64,000 bases of DNA, taken from the NCBI GenBank assembly GCA_951406725.2, contig OX597817.1, positions 160,332,001 to 160,396,000 of the forward strand, written 5' to 3'. Of this stretch, positions 1 to 11,640 are shown piece after piece. The DNA comes from Octopus vulgaris (Eukaryota). The position numbers and the translations under genes were made by a program. Numbering within the stretch: position 1 is the stretch's first letter; each line of letters opens with the position of its first letter. A model generated the notes under the pieces. It saw only the letters and a list, made by a program, of their open reading frames with translations. It did no database searches and was not told the DNA's origin.

Positions 1-389
1 AACACATTTTGCTGGTTGACGATACTATCTTCATCTTACCAAGAAGTTGTTTGCAGAAGCTAGGAGCGGTAAACTATAACGAATAAAGCACTGGATGTAG
101 AGATTTTGTAAGGACCAGACTTAAAGACTGGCTGTTATCAATCGAGCTTTTCATTGTTAAGCTAACGCCAGTTTGAAAGACATCGGGTCAATAACTGAGA
201 AGGCCAGCTATTGGATATGGCTGAAAAGGGATGATGAAAACTGGTTAGGTAAGAGATGTTCCAATGTGATGCTCCCCAATTTGAATTCTTCTCATGATTC
301 CGAGATGTGGGACTTAAAATACCATCGTAAAAGACCAAAGATAATGCTTATGAATTCTAATCCAGCTTGCACGGCCAGTTTCGTGGGAG

Positions 390-655
390 AGGATCAGTCG
401 ACTTTATCGACGTTCGTTCTCAACTGGTACGTAATTTAATCGACCCCGAAAGGATGAAAGGTAAGGTCAATCTCGGTGGAATTAGGATCAGTCGACTTTA
501 TCGACGTTTGTTCTCAACTGGTACGTAATTTAATCGACCCCAAAAGGATGAAAGGTAAGGTCAATCTCGGTGGAATTTGAACTCCGAATGTAAAGACGAA
601 CAAAACAACGCCAACCATTTTACCTGAGCGGTAAGATCCAACCAGCTCTCCGCTG
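390..655 (-). mobile_element. tRNA-derived SINE, family B (head aaggcggcgagctggcag; body gcctttcatcctttcggggtcgat), with a 94-bp internal tandem duplication
   Basis: Reverse complement of the repeat seen at 51942-52370. The segment aggatcagtcgactttatcgacg...ggtggaatt occurs at 390 and again at 484. Confidence 0.7.
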
Positions 656-859
656 GTGCATATTGCTATATATGAATTGTGTGCCAATTCTGTCTAATAT
701 TTTTTCGTTTACATCAACGTTTCGTGAGTGCATCATCAGACATCCTTAATATTTGCTTTATTGCAACTGAGATACGTTGAGTGCAGTGCACTTTGCAATA
801 TAAAATGAAAGTTTGCTGTGTTACGTATAATGAGACATTATATCCAGGCTCTAATTCTG

Positions 860-1272
860 TTAAATGCACAAGGCCTGAAATTTTGGGGGAGGGACTAGTC
901 GATTATATCGACCCCAGTGCGTAACTAGTATTTATTTTATCGACCCCGAAAGGGTGAATGGCAAAGCTGACCTCGGCGGAGTTTGAACTCAGAACATAAT
1001 AATGCTGCAAAACATTTTGCCCGGTGTGCTAACGATTCTTATTTCTTTATTGCCCACAAGGCGCTTAACATAGAAAGGACAAACAAGGACAGACAAACGG
1101 ATTAAGTCGATTTTATCGACCCCAGTACGTAACTGGTACTTAATTTATCGACCCCGAAAGGATGAAAGGCAAAGTCAGCTTCGGCGGAATTTGAACTCAG
1201 AACGTAACGGCAGACGAAATACAGCTAAGCATTTCGCCCGATGTGCTAACGATTCTGCCAGCTCGCCGCCTT
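860..1272 (-). mobile_element. SINE family B, dimeric copy
   Basis: Two successive atcgaccccgaaaggatgaaaggcaaag...atttgaactcagaac units, ending in ctgccagctcgccgccttt (SINE head on the minus strand). Confidence 0.75.
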
Positions 1273-1879
1273 TCTAACATGGATCATAGTATCAGAAACC
1301 GCAGACAACGGTGTTGTTGTCATTACGCTTCGTATGTTGCACCTTACTTTGATCAACGTTACTGAGTACATGGCGAAGTAGTCGACGATAAAAGGAACGT
1401 TTGATCAGTGTTCTATACACGATCACCCGGCATTTAGTAAGGATCATACTCTCCTGATATTTTGGATTTTTTAAAAAACAGGCGCTGACGTGGGTGCGTG
1501 GGACGTGTGACGTGGGTGCGTGGTAAGAAGTTTGCTGCCAGTCACATGGATTCGGGTTCAGTCCCACTGTGTGGCACTCTGGGTAAGTGTCTTCTACTAT
1601 AACCTTGGACTGACCAAATCCTTGTGAGTATATTTGGTAGACGGAAACTGAAAGAAATCCGTCGTATACAAACACATACACATGAGAGAATATAAGATCT
1701 TGTTGTACGCTTGATAATTTAACAATTGTGGAATTTATTATATATCGAACTTCATGGGTCGTACCATTTGACGATACGAACTGCTGACCTTTCAGTGAGT
1801 TGTTTATTACTCTAGTTACTTGACTATCGCGACCCCTTCTTAACGTGAGTAGCTTGTGTTAATATGATACAGACGATGT

Positions 1880-2740
1880 CCTTGAGTATTCATATTTGGT
1901 CCCTGGTGCATTGTTCTTGCTCATTGACTATCTAGTACCTGGGTGCCTCAGCAATTAGGTTACTGCTTTGTCTCAAACATTGCTATCTCCCTGTCTAAAC
2001 AACTGTGCTAAACCAAGTGTTACCATAATGTGGTTTGCAATACCAACTCAATATCAAACCCTACAGATATCAATATATAGTACCTCGTTATGGCCGCGAG
2101 CTGGCAGAATCGTTAGCACCCGGGCAAAATGCTTAGCAGCATTTCGTCCGTCTTAACGTTCTGAGTTCAAATTCCATCGAGTTCGACCTCGTCTTTCATC
2201 CTTTCGAGGTCGGTAAAATAAATACCAAATGAACACTGGGGTCGATGTAATCGACTTACCCCTGAAATTCCTGGCCTTGTGCCAAAATTTGAGACGAATA
2301 TATAGTACCTTGCTGCACTATCAAGTACTATTGGTCTGGTCTTGTAGTACCTTAGTAATTTAGTCATTATGGTACATACAATTAACCAAAAAGCATGGTA
2401 CATCGGTGGTACACCTATAGAACCGTGGTACACCTATAGAACCAAACATAATACCTTTGCGATTTAATCACTGTGGTACGTCCACTGATCCAAACACGTA
2501 GTACCTTGGCAGTTTAACTACTGTGGTATATCCACTAACACAATCATAGTACATTGGTGCATTAAACGCTATGGTACCTTAATAGTACCACAAGTTCAAA
2601 AACGGTCAAACTGAGTTCATTGATCTCTATGGTGCAGCCATTGACCCCACAGAGGATGCTTTGGGGGTATTAATCACTCAGGTACGGCTACTAACTCAAA
2701 TAGGTGTAATTTCGGTACATTAAGCAGTAAGCTATTTATT
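1880..2740. repeat. Degenerate ~50-bp minisatellite (tagtacct...tgtggtac units) interrupted by a SINE
   Basis: tagtacct-like words recur at roughly 43-52 bp spacing between about 2300 and 2590, with weaker copies on either side. Confidence 0.5.
2092..2296 (+). mobile_element. SINE family B
   Basis: gagctggcagaatcgttagcac...gttcaaattcc (B-box-like)...tttcatcctttcgaggtcgg. Flanked by aatatatagtacct at 2072-2085 and 2297-2310. Confidence 0.7.
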
Positions 2741-2860
2741 CTTACGTAAATAGGTGGTAACTGTTTAAAAATACGATAATATGAAATGTATTGAAGGAGG
2801 TTTCCCTGCTACATAGAGCCGGTTGAGCAGCTTATACATACAGGATATATATATATATAT

Positions 2861-2897
<37 letters not shown>

Positions 2898-3374
2898 CTT
2901 AAATGCTTGCATTACAAACACATGAGTGTATAGACAAAAGGTAAAAAAGAGTGAGTCGATACTGTCGCTAGAATAACAATGTATATTACATTTATAAAGA
3001 TGAAAGTTCAAATTCAATATATAAGGTAATATATATTAGATTATGTAATTACATGATACAAAATTATATAATATAATTTTATATATTATTATATAATATA
3101 ATAATATACAAAATTATACAATATAATTTTATATATTATTACATAATATAATAATATAATGTATTATATTATAGTATATTATTGTGTTGAGTCAAAAGTT
3201 TTGCAATATTTTGCTTACTTATTTGCTTTCTTCATCAAAAGCAGCCTAGCATTCAAAGTAGAGGCCATCATGTTGCACTATCTGAAGCCACTTTTCTGCC
3301 AGTTCTTTGATCCCACCCTGATTTCAGTTCTTGTCCTTCGGGGCAGTGAATACCTTCACTGAACCTCCTATCTC

Positions 3375-4050
3375 TCCTCTTTGTTGATGAGGCGTCGTGA
3401 GAAAAGGAAGTGAGCCATGGATCGGAACAAATAATAATCCGAGGGATATATTTTTCCGCAGAAGTGGCTGTGTGGTAAGTAGCTTGCTTATCAACCACAT
3501 GCCTCAGGGTTCAGTTCCACTGCGTGGCACCTTGGGCAAGTGTCTTCTACTATAGTCTCGGGCCGACCAAAGCCTTGTGAGTAGATTTGGTAGACGGAAA
3601 CTGAAAGAAGCCCGTCGTGTATATGTGTCTGTGTTTGTCCCTCCAACATCGCTTGATAACCGATGCTGGCGTGTTTATGTACGCCTAACTTAGCGGTTCG
3701 GCAAAAGAGACTGATAGAATAAGTACTAGTCTTACAAAGAATAAGTCCTGGGGTCGATTTGCTCGACTAAAGGCGGTGCTCCAGCATGGCTGCATTCAAA
3801 TGACTGAAACCAGTAAAAGAGAGTCCGAACGTGCATAAGCGATGGTTAAGCAAGAGACATCTTCAGGATACTGTGGCCAAAGATGGACGTTTCGAACATA
3901 AGATGTTCCTCAGCGTCAGGTGGAATTATGAGGGAATAATTCACTAGGAATTCTTTCTGGACGGTCGAACCATTTGTTGCCAACCTGTACTTCGAATGGC
4001 TGGAACAGATGTGTGTCATTGTGTAGGAAGAAAATAAAAACGGCATTGAT
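3375..4050 (+). pseudogene. Mariner-family transposase relic, split by a SINE insertion
   Basis: From ~3897 it translates as HKMFLSVRWNYEGIIH*EFFLDGRTI/VANLYFEWLEQM, resembling the mariner KVMLSVWWD-GII-ELL-G-TI-YC-QL region. Weaker SLLMRRR..EPW..QII lies upstream of the SINE. Contains stops and frameshifts. Confidence 0.7.
3458..3825 (+). mobile_element. tRNA-derived SINE, family A (head gtggctgtgtggtaagtagcttgctt...ggttcagtcccactg; tail gactgaaacaagtaaaaga)
   Basis: A/B-box-like head, internal (TG)n and conserved tail. Many other copies occur in the window. Confidence 0.8.
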
Positions 4051-4442
4051 AAACAGAAAGTGACCCCCCATACAGCTCGAACGACCCGGCCCTGAATTTA
4101 ACCCCTGGTACTTGAGGGAATCGAACTGATGCTACACCCAGCATATAATACCGGCCTAGCTCCCAATTTCGGTACTTATTTTATCGACCTTGAAAGGATG
4201 AAAAGCAAAATCGACCGCGACAGGGAGATTCAGTATGACACAGAGTGTATGTAATAAGGCCGGCTCTTTCAAATACATGTACTAATAATTTTTGCCGGCA
4301 GAGTGGGCTGGAGCAACGTGAAATAAAGGAGAGAACAAGTCAACGGGAATTGAACTCATGACTTTATGACCGTGAGCCGAATACCCCAACCACTAAGCCA
4401 CAGGCCTTCAGCGTGTATGTATGTGTGTGTGTGTGTGTATAT

Positions 4443-4494
<52 letters not shown>

Positions 4495-4502
<8 letters not shown>

Positions 4503-4764
4503 AGTGAAATGAAGAAATGGAGCTGAACCAAGATTGAACAGAAATCGTTTTATTTCATTCTACACGTGTTTCGAAAGGCACAATTTACCAAAATCCGATT
4601 GAATAATGAGACCATATTGTGTCTTTCTCTTCAGGAAGAAATAGGAAATCCGTTGGAAAAAACAAAAACAGAAAAGAGGCGGAGCAAAACAAATCGAACT
4701 AGGCTCCTAAGAGCCCATGGCCAAACTGTTTATCAGCTCCATTTCTTCATTTCACTAATAATAT
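4495..4764. mobile_element. Small element in (TA)n with perfect 32-bp inverted repeats, carrying a hammerhead motif
   Basis: 4495-4526 (atattattagtgaaatgaagaaatggagctga) is the exact reverse complement of 4733-4764. Confidence 0.7.
4553..4641 (-). ncRNA. Type I hammerhead ribozyme motif with long stem II
   Basis: Minus strand: uuc-CUGAAGA-gaaagacacaau-(loop)-auugugccuuuc-GAAA-cacgug-UA/gaa. Stem II is 12 bp with one mismatch, and stem III is palindromic (cacgug). Confidence 0.75.
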
Positions 4765-4910
4765 TAAAATTCAATTATCCGCACCAACGCACGGTTGCAA
4801 CACCATATGGTTGTACCTCCAACCGTGCTGTCTTCTGCTGTGATTTTTGCTACCAAGGTATCGGTTAAACTTTTGATTAATCTGCTACAAGATTATTCAT
4901 CTTTCTATTT

Positions 4911-4994
<84 letters not shown>

Positions 4995-5071
4995 CACACA
5001 CATGGTGTATATATATATCTATACACACACACACACACACACACACTCACACATATATATATAGAGAGAGA

Positions 5072-5249
5072 TACTTGCATAGCAAGTGACCTGATCTGAG
5101 ATCGTGTGCTGGAACGAAAACAATTGCAGCGTAGGTGTTTATAAGCCATTTAAGAAACACACAAAATCCGTTAGATTCACTTCAACATTTAAATTTTATT
5201 TGTCAAAATATTTTCGTCACTTTGAGACCGCAGCCAGTTCACTGATAAA

Positions 5250-5250
<1 letters not shown>
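5072..5250 (-). mobile_element. Diverged single-arm copy of the element at 63010-63344
   Basis: Aligns by eye with 63010-63190 (tgatctgagatcgtgtgctg...tttgtcaaaatattttcgtc...gttcactga). Confidence 0.75.
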
Positions 5251-5305
<55 letters not shown>

Positions 5306-5313
<8 letters not shown>

Positions 5314-5517
5314 TGCAAGATTCTTTATGTGAGTTCGTGTGTTGAAGCACTTTCTGTTGTGTCTGGGGAGAGTTATTCTCTTTTGGTGCCTTATAATTTA
5401 ACACACACAACGGTAAAATTTCACGAAAACTTAAGAAAAATAAAGAAGGAAATGAGTGGAAATTTTACCGGTGAGTATGTTAAATTAAAAAAGAATGACC
5501 CTCCCCAGACACAACAG
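5306..5517. mobile_element. Fold-back element, same family as 43488-43753
   Basis: ctgttgtgtctggggagag... and ...ctccccagacacaacag are inverted. It shares gatttggtttgcaagattctttatgt with the reverse complement of 43728-43753. Confidence 0.7.
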
Positions 5518-5699
5518 TATATATATATATATATATATATATCAAATCCACTCACAATACCTTGGTCGGCTCCGGGTTATTATAGAACACTTGATGAAGG
5601 TGCTATGCAGTAGGACTGAACCCCCGAAGTCATGTGGTTGTGAAGCTATACCTGCACCTACACACACATAATATATATATATATATATATATATATAAA

Positions 5700-6039
5700 G
5701 GGTAAAGACCCCCTTCGTTCATGAATGACCATGGGATTGCACCTAGAAAGTTACCCTCCTAGACACAAGTCTGGGCAAGGTTGTTTATGGAAGACCAGCA
5801 GTCGCCCATGCATACCAGCCTCCCCTCTCCACGCCACCAGTGTTATCCAAGGGAAAGGCAAAGGTCGATACAGCTTGGCACCTGTGACGTCGCAGCTCAT
5901 TTCTACAGCTGAGTGAACTGGAGCAACGTGAAATAAAGTGCTTTGCTCAAGAACACAACACGCAGCCCGGTCCGGGATTCGAGCTCACAACCTCAATATC
6001 GTAAGCTCGAGCTCTAACCACTGAGCCATGCGCCTTCAC
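5700..6039 (-). mobile_element. tRNA-derived SINE, family D (CORE-like ttgagcaa.gcacttta.ttcacgttgctccagttcactcagctg)
   Basis: Reverse complement of the copy at 49857-50195; tRNA-like head with A/B boxes. Confidence 0.75.
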
Positions 6040-6254
6040 ATACGTATGTATGTTTGCATAAATAGGTTTCTTCAAATATGTGTGTGTGTGTTGTCCCTGA
6101 ATAAGTAAATACTGTTATTCGGAGCTGATGAAGTGTGCGATCGTACTGCTGTCTATCATCTTATTATGCTCGTGTGTCTTTATATTTATATCCATATTTC
6201 TTAAGAGCTTTCACTAATCTTCACATCAATGCACCCACCCATTTGATTGTTTCG

Positions 6255-6292
<38 letters not shown>

Positions 6293-6372
6293 TCGTTTTG
6301 TCTATTTGCATATAACTGCACCTTTTTCACCTCGGTTTCGTCAGATCTCAGCACACCTGGTCGTCGGCTGCG

Positions 6373-6433
<61 letters not shown>

Positions 6434-6636
6434 ACATGCAGTTCTGAGGTGTTCGTTTGATACATCCCACTCTCTGCATTCGTCTGGGGACTCTCTGCTT
6501 GCACCTTTAGTGGACAATTGTAAATTGTACTTGTTGTAATCAGCCCCACTGTATGTGTGAATGCGTATATAATGCATATACGAAAGTGTGTGTATGTACG
6601 TGTATTTGATGTATATATGTCTGTATGTACACGTGC

Positions 6637-6750
<114 letters not shown>

Positions 6751-6762
6751 GTAAGTATGTGA

Positions 6763-6797
<35 letters not shown>

Positions 6798-6870
6798 AAG
6801 TGTATAGTAAGTTACACAAAAAAGCGGCGATCCTTTACAGGACGCCTTACAGGCTAGAAGAGGGCATAAT

Positions 6871-6934
<64 letters not shown>

Positions 6935-7166
6935 AAAGCTTTTGCAAAAGGATACCTAAAACAGTCACGAGAAATATTTTTAAAAAGTATTAGCTATTAA
7001 CAGAATGTCACAAACCTTTGGGGACGAAAATTTCGTACAGTGTGTATTTTCTGTGTAAGCGCTTTCGTTGTCAATTTTTCAAATACGTGGAAACTTCTTC
7101 TCCAAAGATTGGTGACATTGCGTTCTCTGAATAACATTTTTAAAGTTATCAATAAATTTATAAAAT

Positions 7167-7206
<40 letters not shown>

Positions 7207-7433
7207 ATTAAGGTCCGTGTTGATGTATATGTTTATATTTATGTGCGTTGGCTATAGCATTTTAACTCTTATTTCTAGCAATGTAGATGTTTGTTATGAT
7301 TATAATTTTCCTTTTTGGTGAAACATTGCAAACTGCTTTTTTTTTATTAATTTAACGTATCCATTTAGCGAATCGCTAAATCATCCGTAAATTTGGATGA
7401 CGAAAATATATATCCTGAAAAAAAGCCAAAGTT

Positions 7434-7502
7434 CGAGTCAGCACTAACTGATGAGGCAACGGAAATTGCCGAAACTGACGTCAGTATTAGGAATTCTTGA
7501 TC
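7434..7502 (+). ncRNA. Type I hammerhead ribozyme, canonical core
   Basis: cuaa-CUGAUGA(7448-7454)-ggcaa/cggaaa/uugcc-GAAA-cugacgucag-UA/uuag. Predicted GUA cleavage after 7486. Stem I extends via ucag/uuga beyond an internal loop. Confidence 0.85.
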
Positions 7503-7735
7503 AGTAGTTTTCGGACGTTTAAGGTCCCTGTTAGATTATATGTTTACATTTATGTGCGTTGGCTATAGCATTTTAACTCTTATTTCTAGCAATGTAGATG
7601 TTTGTTATGATTATAATTTTCCTTTGGTGAAACATTGCAAACTGCTTTTTTTTATTAATTTAACGTATCCATTTAGCGAATGCTAAATCACGTAAATTTG
7701 GATGACGAAAATATATCCTGAAAAAAGCCAAAGTT

Positions 7736-7800
7736 CGAGTCAGCACTAACTGATGAGGCGGAAATTGCCGAAACTGACGTCAGTATTAGGAATTTTGATC
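7736..7800 (+). ncRNA. Type I hammerhead ribozyme, second tandem copy
   Basis: cuaa-CUGAUGA(7750-7756)-ggcggaaauugcc-GAAA-cugacgucag-UA/uuag. Predicted cleavage after 7785. Confidence 0.8.
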
Positions 7801-8188
7801 AGTAGTTTTCGGACGTTTAAGGTCCCTGTTAGATTATATGTTTACATTTATGCGCGTTCACTACAGCATTAGAGAATTTTAGCTCTTATTTCTAGCAATG
7901 TAGATGTTTCTAACACCCTAGTCGTATTTAGTGACAATTATAATTCTCCTGTTGGGTGAAACATTGCAAACTGGTGTTTGTAATAATTTTATACATACAC
8001 GCTCGCGTGCGCGCACACACACACACACATGTATGTATGAATGTATGTATGTGTCTGGTTTAATTTTCAATCATTATAAATCTCCACTGAGGAGGGAGCC
8101 AGTTTCCAATATGTACGTATGCATGTATGTGTGCATGTATGTATGTATATATATATATATATATATATGTATACATACACACACACAC

Positions 8189-8230
<42 letters not shown>

Positions 8231-8322
8231 TGGAGACTTCACGAAAAAAACCCAAAAGACTAAGACAGGTGGTGTATAAAACAAACAGATGTATTAGTAT
8301 AACGCTCAGGAAATTGAAAAAG

Positions 8323-8360
8323 TCTTTTACGTTTCGAACCTACGCTCATCTACAGAAAGA
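8323..8360 (-). ncRNA. Minimal PLE-type hammerhead-like motif, core CUGUAGA
   Basis: ucuuu-CUGUAGA-u-gagc/guag/guuc-GAAA-cg-UA/aaaga, with a perfect 5-bp stem I. It lies inside a (TA)n-embedded element at about 8230-8395. Confidence 0.55.
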
Positions 8361-8576
8361 GACACAGAAAAAAAAACAAGGAGAGAAAACAAGGATATAT
8401 ATATACACACACACACAAATAGAATTGCATGGCTTAGTGGTTGGGGTGTTGAACTAATGATCGGGTGATACGTTGTGTTCTTGAGCAAACCCCTTCATTT
8501 CACATTGCTCCAGTACATTCAGCTTGTAAAAATGAGTTATCCTGCGTCGAACCGACGTTTCGTCCAGGGAGGTATA

Positions 8577-8775
8577 TACGATGGGGTGCTGAAATGTTCC
8601 TGGTTTTAAGGGTGTCGAGAAAGGCCTGGTTGGGAACCTAACTTTCCGAGTTCTTTTACAGGGCTTAGAAATACTGAAGGACCGCTGTAAAAAGTGTGTG
8701 AATCTCAGAGAGGAATATGTTGAATAAAAGCACAATTAACTGATCCTCCTGTATTTTATTTTACCCAAATCCAAG
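8577..8775 (+). mobile_element. Mariner-derived MITE, same family as 45381-45611, inserted in a SINE D copy
   Basis: Starts tacgatggggtgctgaaatgttcctgg. The interior encodes LKDRCKKCVNLREEYVE*, resembling the mariner C-terminus (..KCV..GEYVE). Confidence 0.7.
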
Positions 8776-8789
8776 TGAAATGATTAAAG

Positions 8790-9080
8790 AAGACCCTTTA
8801 TTTATGGAAGATGGGGCTCCTTGTCACACGGTTAAAATGACCCAAGATTTGTTGGATGGGAATGGCATTAAAAAGCTTCCAGTCACCAGATATGAACCCT
8901 ATTGAACACCTCTGATGCATAATGGACTGGACACTTCATAAAAAGAACAAGAAAGCATCTTTAAAGCCAGATCTTTTAAGATTGCTGCATGAAACTTGGC
9001 AAGAAATTCTGCAAGAGATATTTGTCATCTGATCAGTAACATCCCTAATAGGGTCCTTGCATTGAAAAATGCAAAGGGCA
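8790..9080 (+). pseudogene. Tc1-family transposase C-terminal relic
   Basis: FMEDGAPCHTVK...QSPDMNPIEHL*...LISNIPNRVLALKNAKG resembles the Tc1 motifs FQQDNAPCH, SPDLNPIEHLW and SMPRR...AKG. Contains a frameshift and a stop. Confidence 0.85.
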
Positions 9081-9512
9081 TACTCTCTTTTACTCTTTTA
9101 CTTGTTTCGGTCATGTGACTGCGGTCATGCTGGAGCACCGCCTTTAGTCGAGCAAATCGACCCCAGGACTTATTCTTTGTAAGCCTAGTACTTATTTTAT
9201 CGGTCTCTTTTGCCGAACCGCTAAGTTACTGGGACGTAAACACACCACCACCGATTGTCAATTGATGTGGGCGGGGGCAAACACAGACACACAAACATAT
9301 AGATACACACACACACACACACACACACATATAATATATACATATATACGACGGGCTTCTTTCAGTTTCCGTCAACCAAATCCACTCACAAGGCTTTGGT
9401 CGGCCCGATGCTATAGTAGAAGACACTTGCCCAAAGTGCCACGCAGTGGGACTGAACCCAAAATCATGTGGTTGGTAAGCAAGCTACTTACCACACAGCC
9501 ACTTCTGCGCCT
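9081..9512 (-). mobile_element. SINE family A, full length
   Basis: Runs from tactcttttactcttttacttgtttc to cacacagccacttctgcgcct. Confidence 0.85.
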
Positions 9513-9955
9513 ATATGCCACTCTTGCGCCATGTCTACTGAATATTAAATATTCACATTATAACAATTAATAAATAATTTGAATGCATAATTTCAGATCT
9601 GAATAAATTTTAATAAGAGTGTCTATTTACTTCTGTCATGCCTGTGTATATTATACTGTATTATAGTACACTTATACTTCGTCGGTAGACGACGCGGTAG
9701 GTCGGTAGAGAGAGTATGATATATAATGCTGTATTATATGTCCAATGTCTATGGTGAAATATGCATGTGTGTGTCTGTTCATGTTCGCGCGTATGTTTGA
9801 GCGCGCACAAGTCTGTGTGTAGATACACCCGTCTGTGAGTATCTATGCAATCAGCACTGCCGATATATGAAGCTATAATAATTTCTAATTCTTTGTGAGT
9901 CTGTGTTTGCTCTAATTCATATTTGCGGATTTTATTTATGTTCATCTCTTCACAG

Positions 9956-10179
9956 TTATCTTGTCGGTATTTTCTCAACCGAAATTCGTGTTTCTTCCTC
10001 TACTACATCCTCCACTCATTGTCTCTGCCGTTTGCAGTGTCATAAATTGAGGTCAATCATATGCCAAAGATGGCTGCTTGTTGTATCATTGCTTTGTATG
10101 AGTTACAAGATGGCTACGGCAAGAGACATAGGTACTGACGTGGACCCTTGGGACTCGATCTTCATCTGTCTGAAAAGAG
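9956..10179 (+). other. Candidate coding exon of unknown product
   Basis: Apparently unique sequence between a pyrimidine-rich cacag acceptor and a gag|gtaaaa donor. The open frame includes RWLLVVSLLCMSYKMATARD. No homology recognised. Confidence 0.25.
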
Positions 10180-10303
10180 GTAAAATTTATTCAAATTTCT
10201 AAAACGATAAACAGAAGTTGTAGAGTGAAAAGGGAGCTACACAAAATAAATAAAGAAAATATAAAAGACTACGAGAAAAAATATATTTCACCATTATTCA
10301 TAT

Positions 10304-10610
10304 AGTGGAGGCGCAATAGTTAGGGCAGCGGACTCGCGGTCGGAGGAATAGCGGTTTCGATTCCCAGACTGAGCGTTGTGTGTGTTTATTGAGCGAAAAC
10401 ACCTAAAGCTCCACGAGGCTCCGGCAGGGGGTGGTGGTGACCCCTGTTGTACTCTTTCGCCACAACTTTCTCTCACTCTCTCTTCCTGTTTCTTGAGTAA
10501 CGCCGCAATGGACTGGTGTCCTGTCCAGCTGGGGGGGGGGGGACATATGCCACAGAAACCGGGAAACCGGGCCCATGATCTTGGCTAGGCTTGAAAAGGG
10601 CGACGTTTAT
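10304..10610 (+). mobile_element. tRNA-derived SINE, family C (head gtggaggcgcaatgg...gactcgcggtc...ggtttcgattcccagac)
   Basis: tRNA-like head. Related copies at about 30570, 32129, 36003, 45668, 55322 and 57999. Confidence 0.75.
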
Positions 10611-10717
10611 TGTTTATTATTCAAATAACATCGGAAAGTATTAAAATGAAATGTCCCGCCACCAACACTGCCCCGAAAAAAAAAAAAAAAGGAAGGAATT
10701 TATATGACAGCCTAGTA

Positions 10718-11032
10718 CATGGGGTAGGCATACTGGAGTAAATTGCCCCAAGTGGGGTAAAAATGAAATTCTTGGGGGTAATGAGGACTCATTAGACATA
10801 AGTAACATTATATGAAAAAACGTGTTCCTTGTTACGAGAAATGTTTCTTCTGACAACACTGCTTCTGTACAATGTAATTGTAGATTCATATAAATAGATT
10901 CAATAAAATAGATTCAATAAATCTTTTAAATTCAAAGAATCAATGATTTTCTTCCTTTCAAATTAGTTGGGTAACGTCGGCGTAAATAAATATATTTTGG
11001 GGTAGTTGGTTAAAAAAGTTCCCCGACCCCTG
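10718..11032. mobile_element. hAT-type MITE relic
   Basis: Ends catggggtagg... and ...ccccgacccctg. The 8-bp flanks gcctagta (10710-10717) and gtctagta (11033-11040) fit a hAT target-site duplication. Confidence 0.55.
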
Positions 11033-11419
11033 GTCTAGTAGATGAGAACTTCTCTTTTATTATCCATTTGGAGTCTCCGTGGTTTGAAGAAATTTGCATA
11101 TTCATTACAATTAGCTAAGGCGATAAGGTATGCAAATCTGTGCAGTGACACGTGTGTAGCGGTGTATGGTTGGTTGTTACGTGTCCATCCCGACTATGTT
11201 ATTATCTTTATGCTGGAAGTTAAAAGAACAATACTAAACAGTAATTCAGAAAGTAAATGAAGGAGAATAGGGTGGGGTGGGGAAAGAAAAACAAGGCAAA
11301 TGCGCTGCCGGACATATAAACTTTTTAAATATATGTGCTAGGTAACATTTATAAACCCTTACTAATGTATGATAACATCACGTTTAGATAAACTCCGGTA
11401 TGGAATCCTTACAATAACG

Positions 11420-11461
<42 letters not shown>

Positions 11462-11467
<6 letters not shown>

Positions 11468-11620
11468 TAATCCAAACAAGAAAACAAAAAGACAACAACG
11501 CGAGGATGTGGAACAAATAAGGTATTATTGGGCGCTCAGGAAAGAAGAGAAGAAGGAGGGTATGACGTTTCGAGCGGAGCTCTTCGTCGGAAACATAGGA
11601 GAAAGAAAGATCCCGAGGTG
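11462..11620 (-). mobile_element. (TA)n-embedded element with a minimal hammerhead (CCGACGA-a-gagc/ucc/gcuc-GAAA-cg-UC)
   Basis: Motif at 11560-11594 on the minus strand. The family also occurs at 11890-12095, 13337-13410 (partial) and 28320-28525. Confidence 0.65.
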
Positions 11621-11640
11621 GGAATATATATATATATACT

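Larger units (their letters stand above)
7208..7980 (+). repeat. ~300-bp tandem array (about 2.5 units), each full unit with a hammerhead (retrozyme-like)
   Basis: Unit starts (ttaaggtcc) at 7208, 7519 and 7817; the units are nearly identical. Confidence 0.85.

Noticed and set aside
712-745. Minus-strand CUGAUGA-ugcacucac-GAAACGUU
   Set aside because: Core words are present, but stems I and II do not pair convincingly. At most a decayed hammerhead.
6977-7145. Degenerate inverted repeat
   Set aside because: Too decayed to define its ends; probably an old MITE.
7208-7980. CRISPR-like repeat interpretation
   Set aside because: Whole units are repeated with no unique spacers and no cas genes, in a eukaryotic context.
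10304-10380. tRNA-like sequences with A and B boxes (also at about 30660, 32440, 49860, 55630 and 58000)
   Set aside because: They are SINE heads continuing into shared SINE bodies, and the cloverleaf acceptor stems are incomplete.
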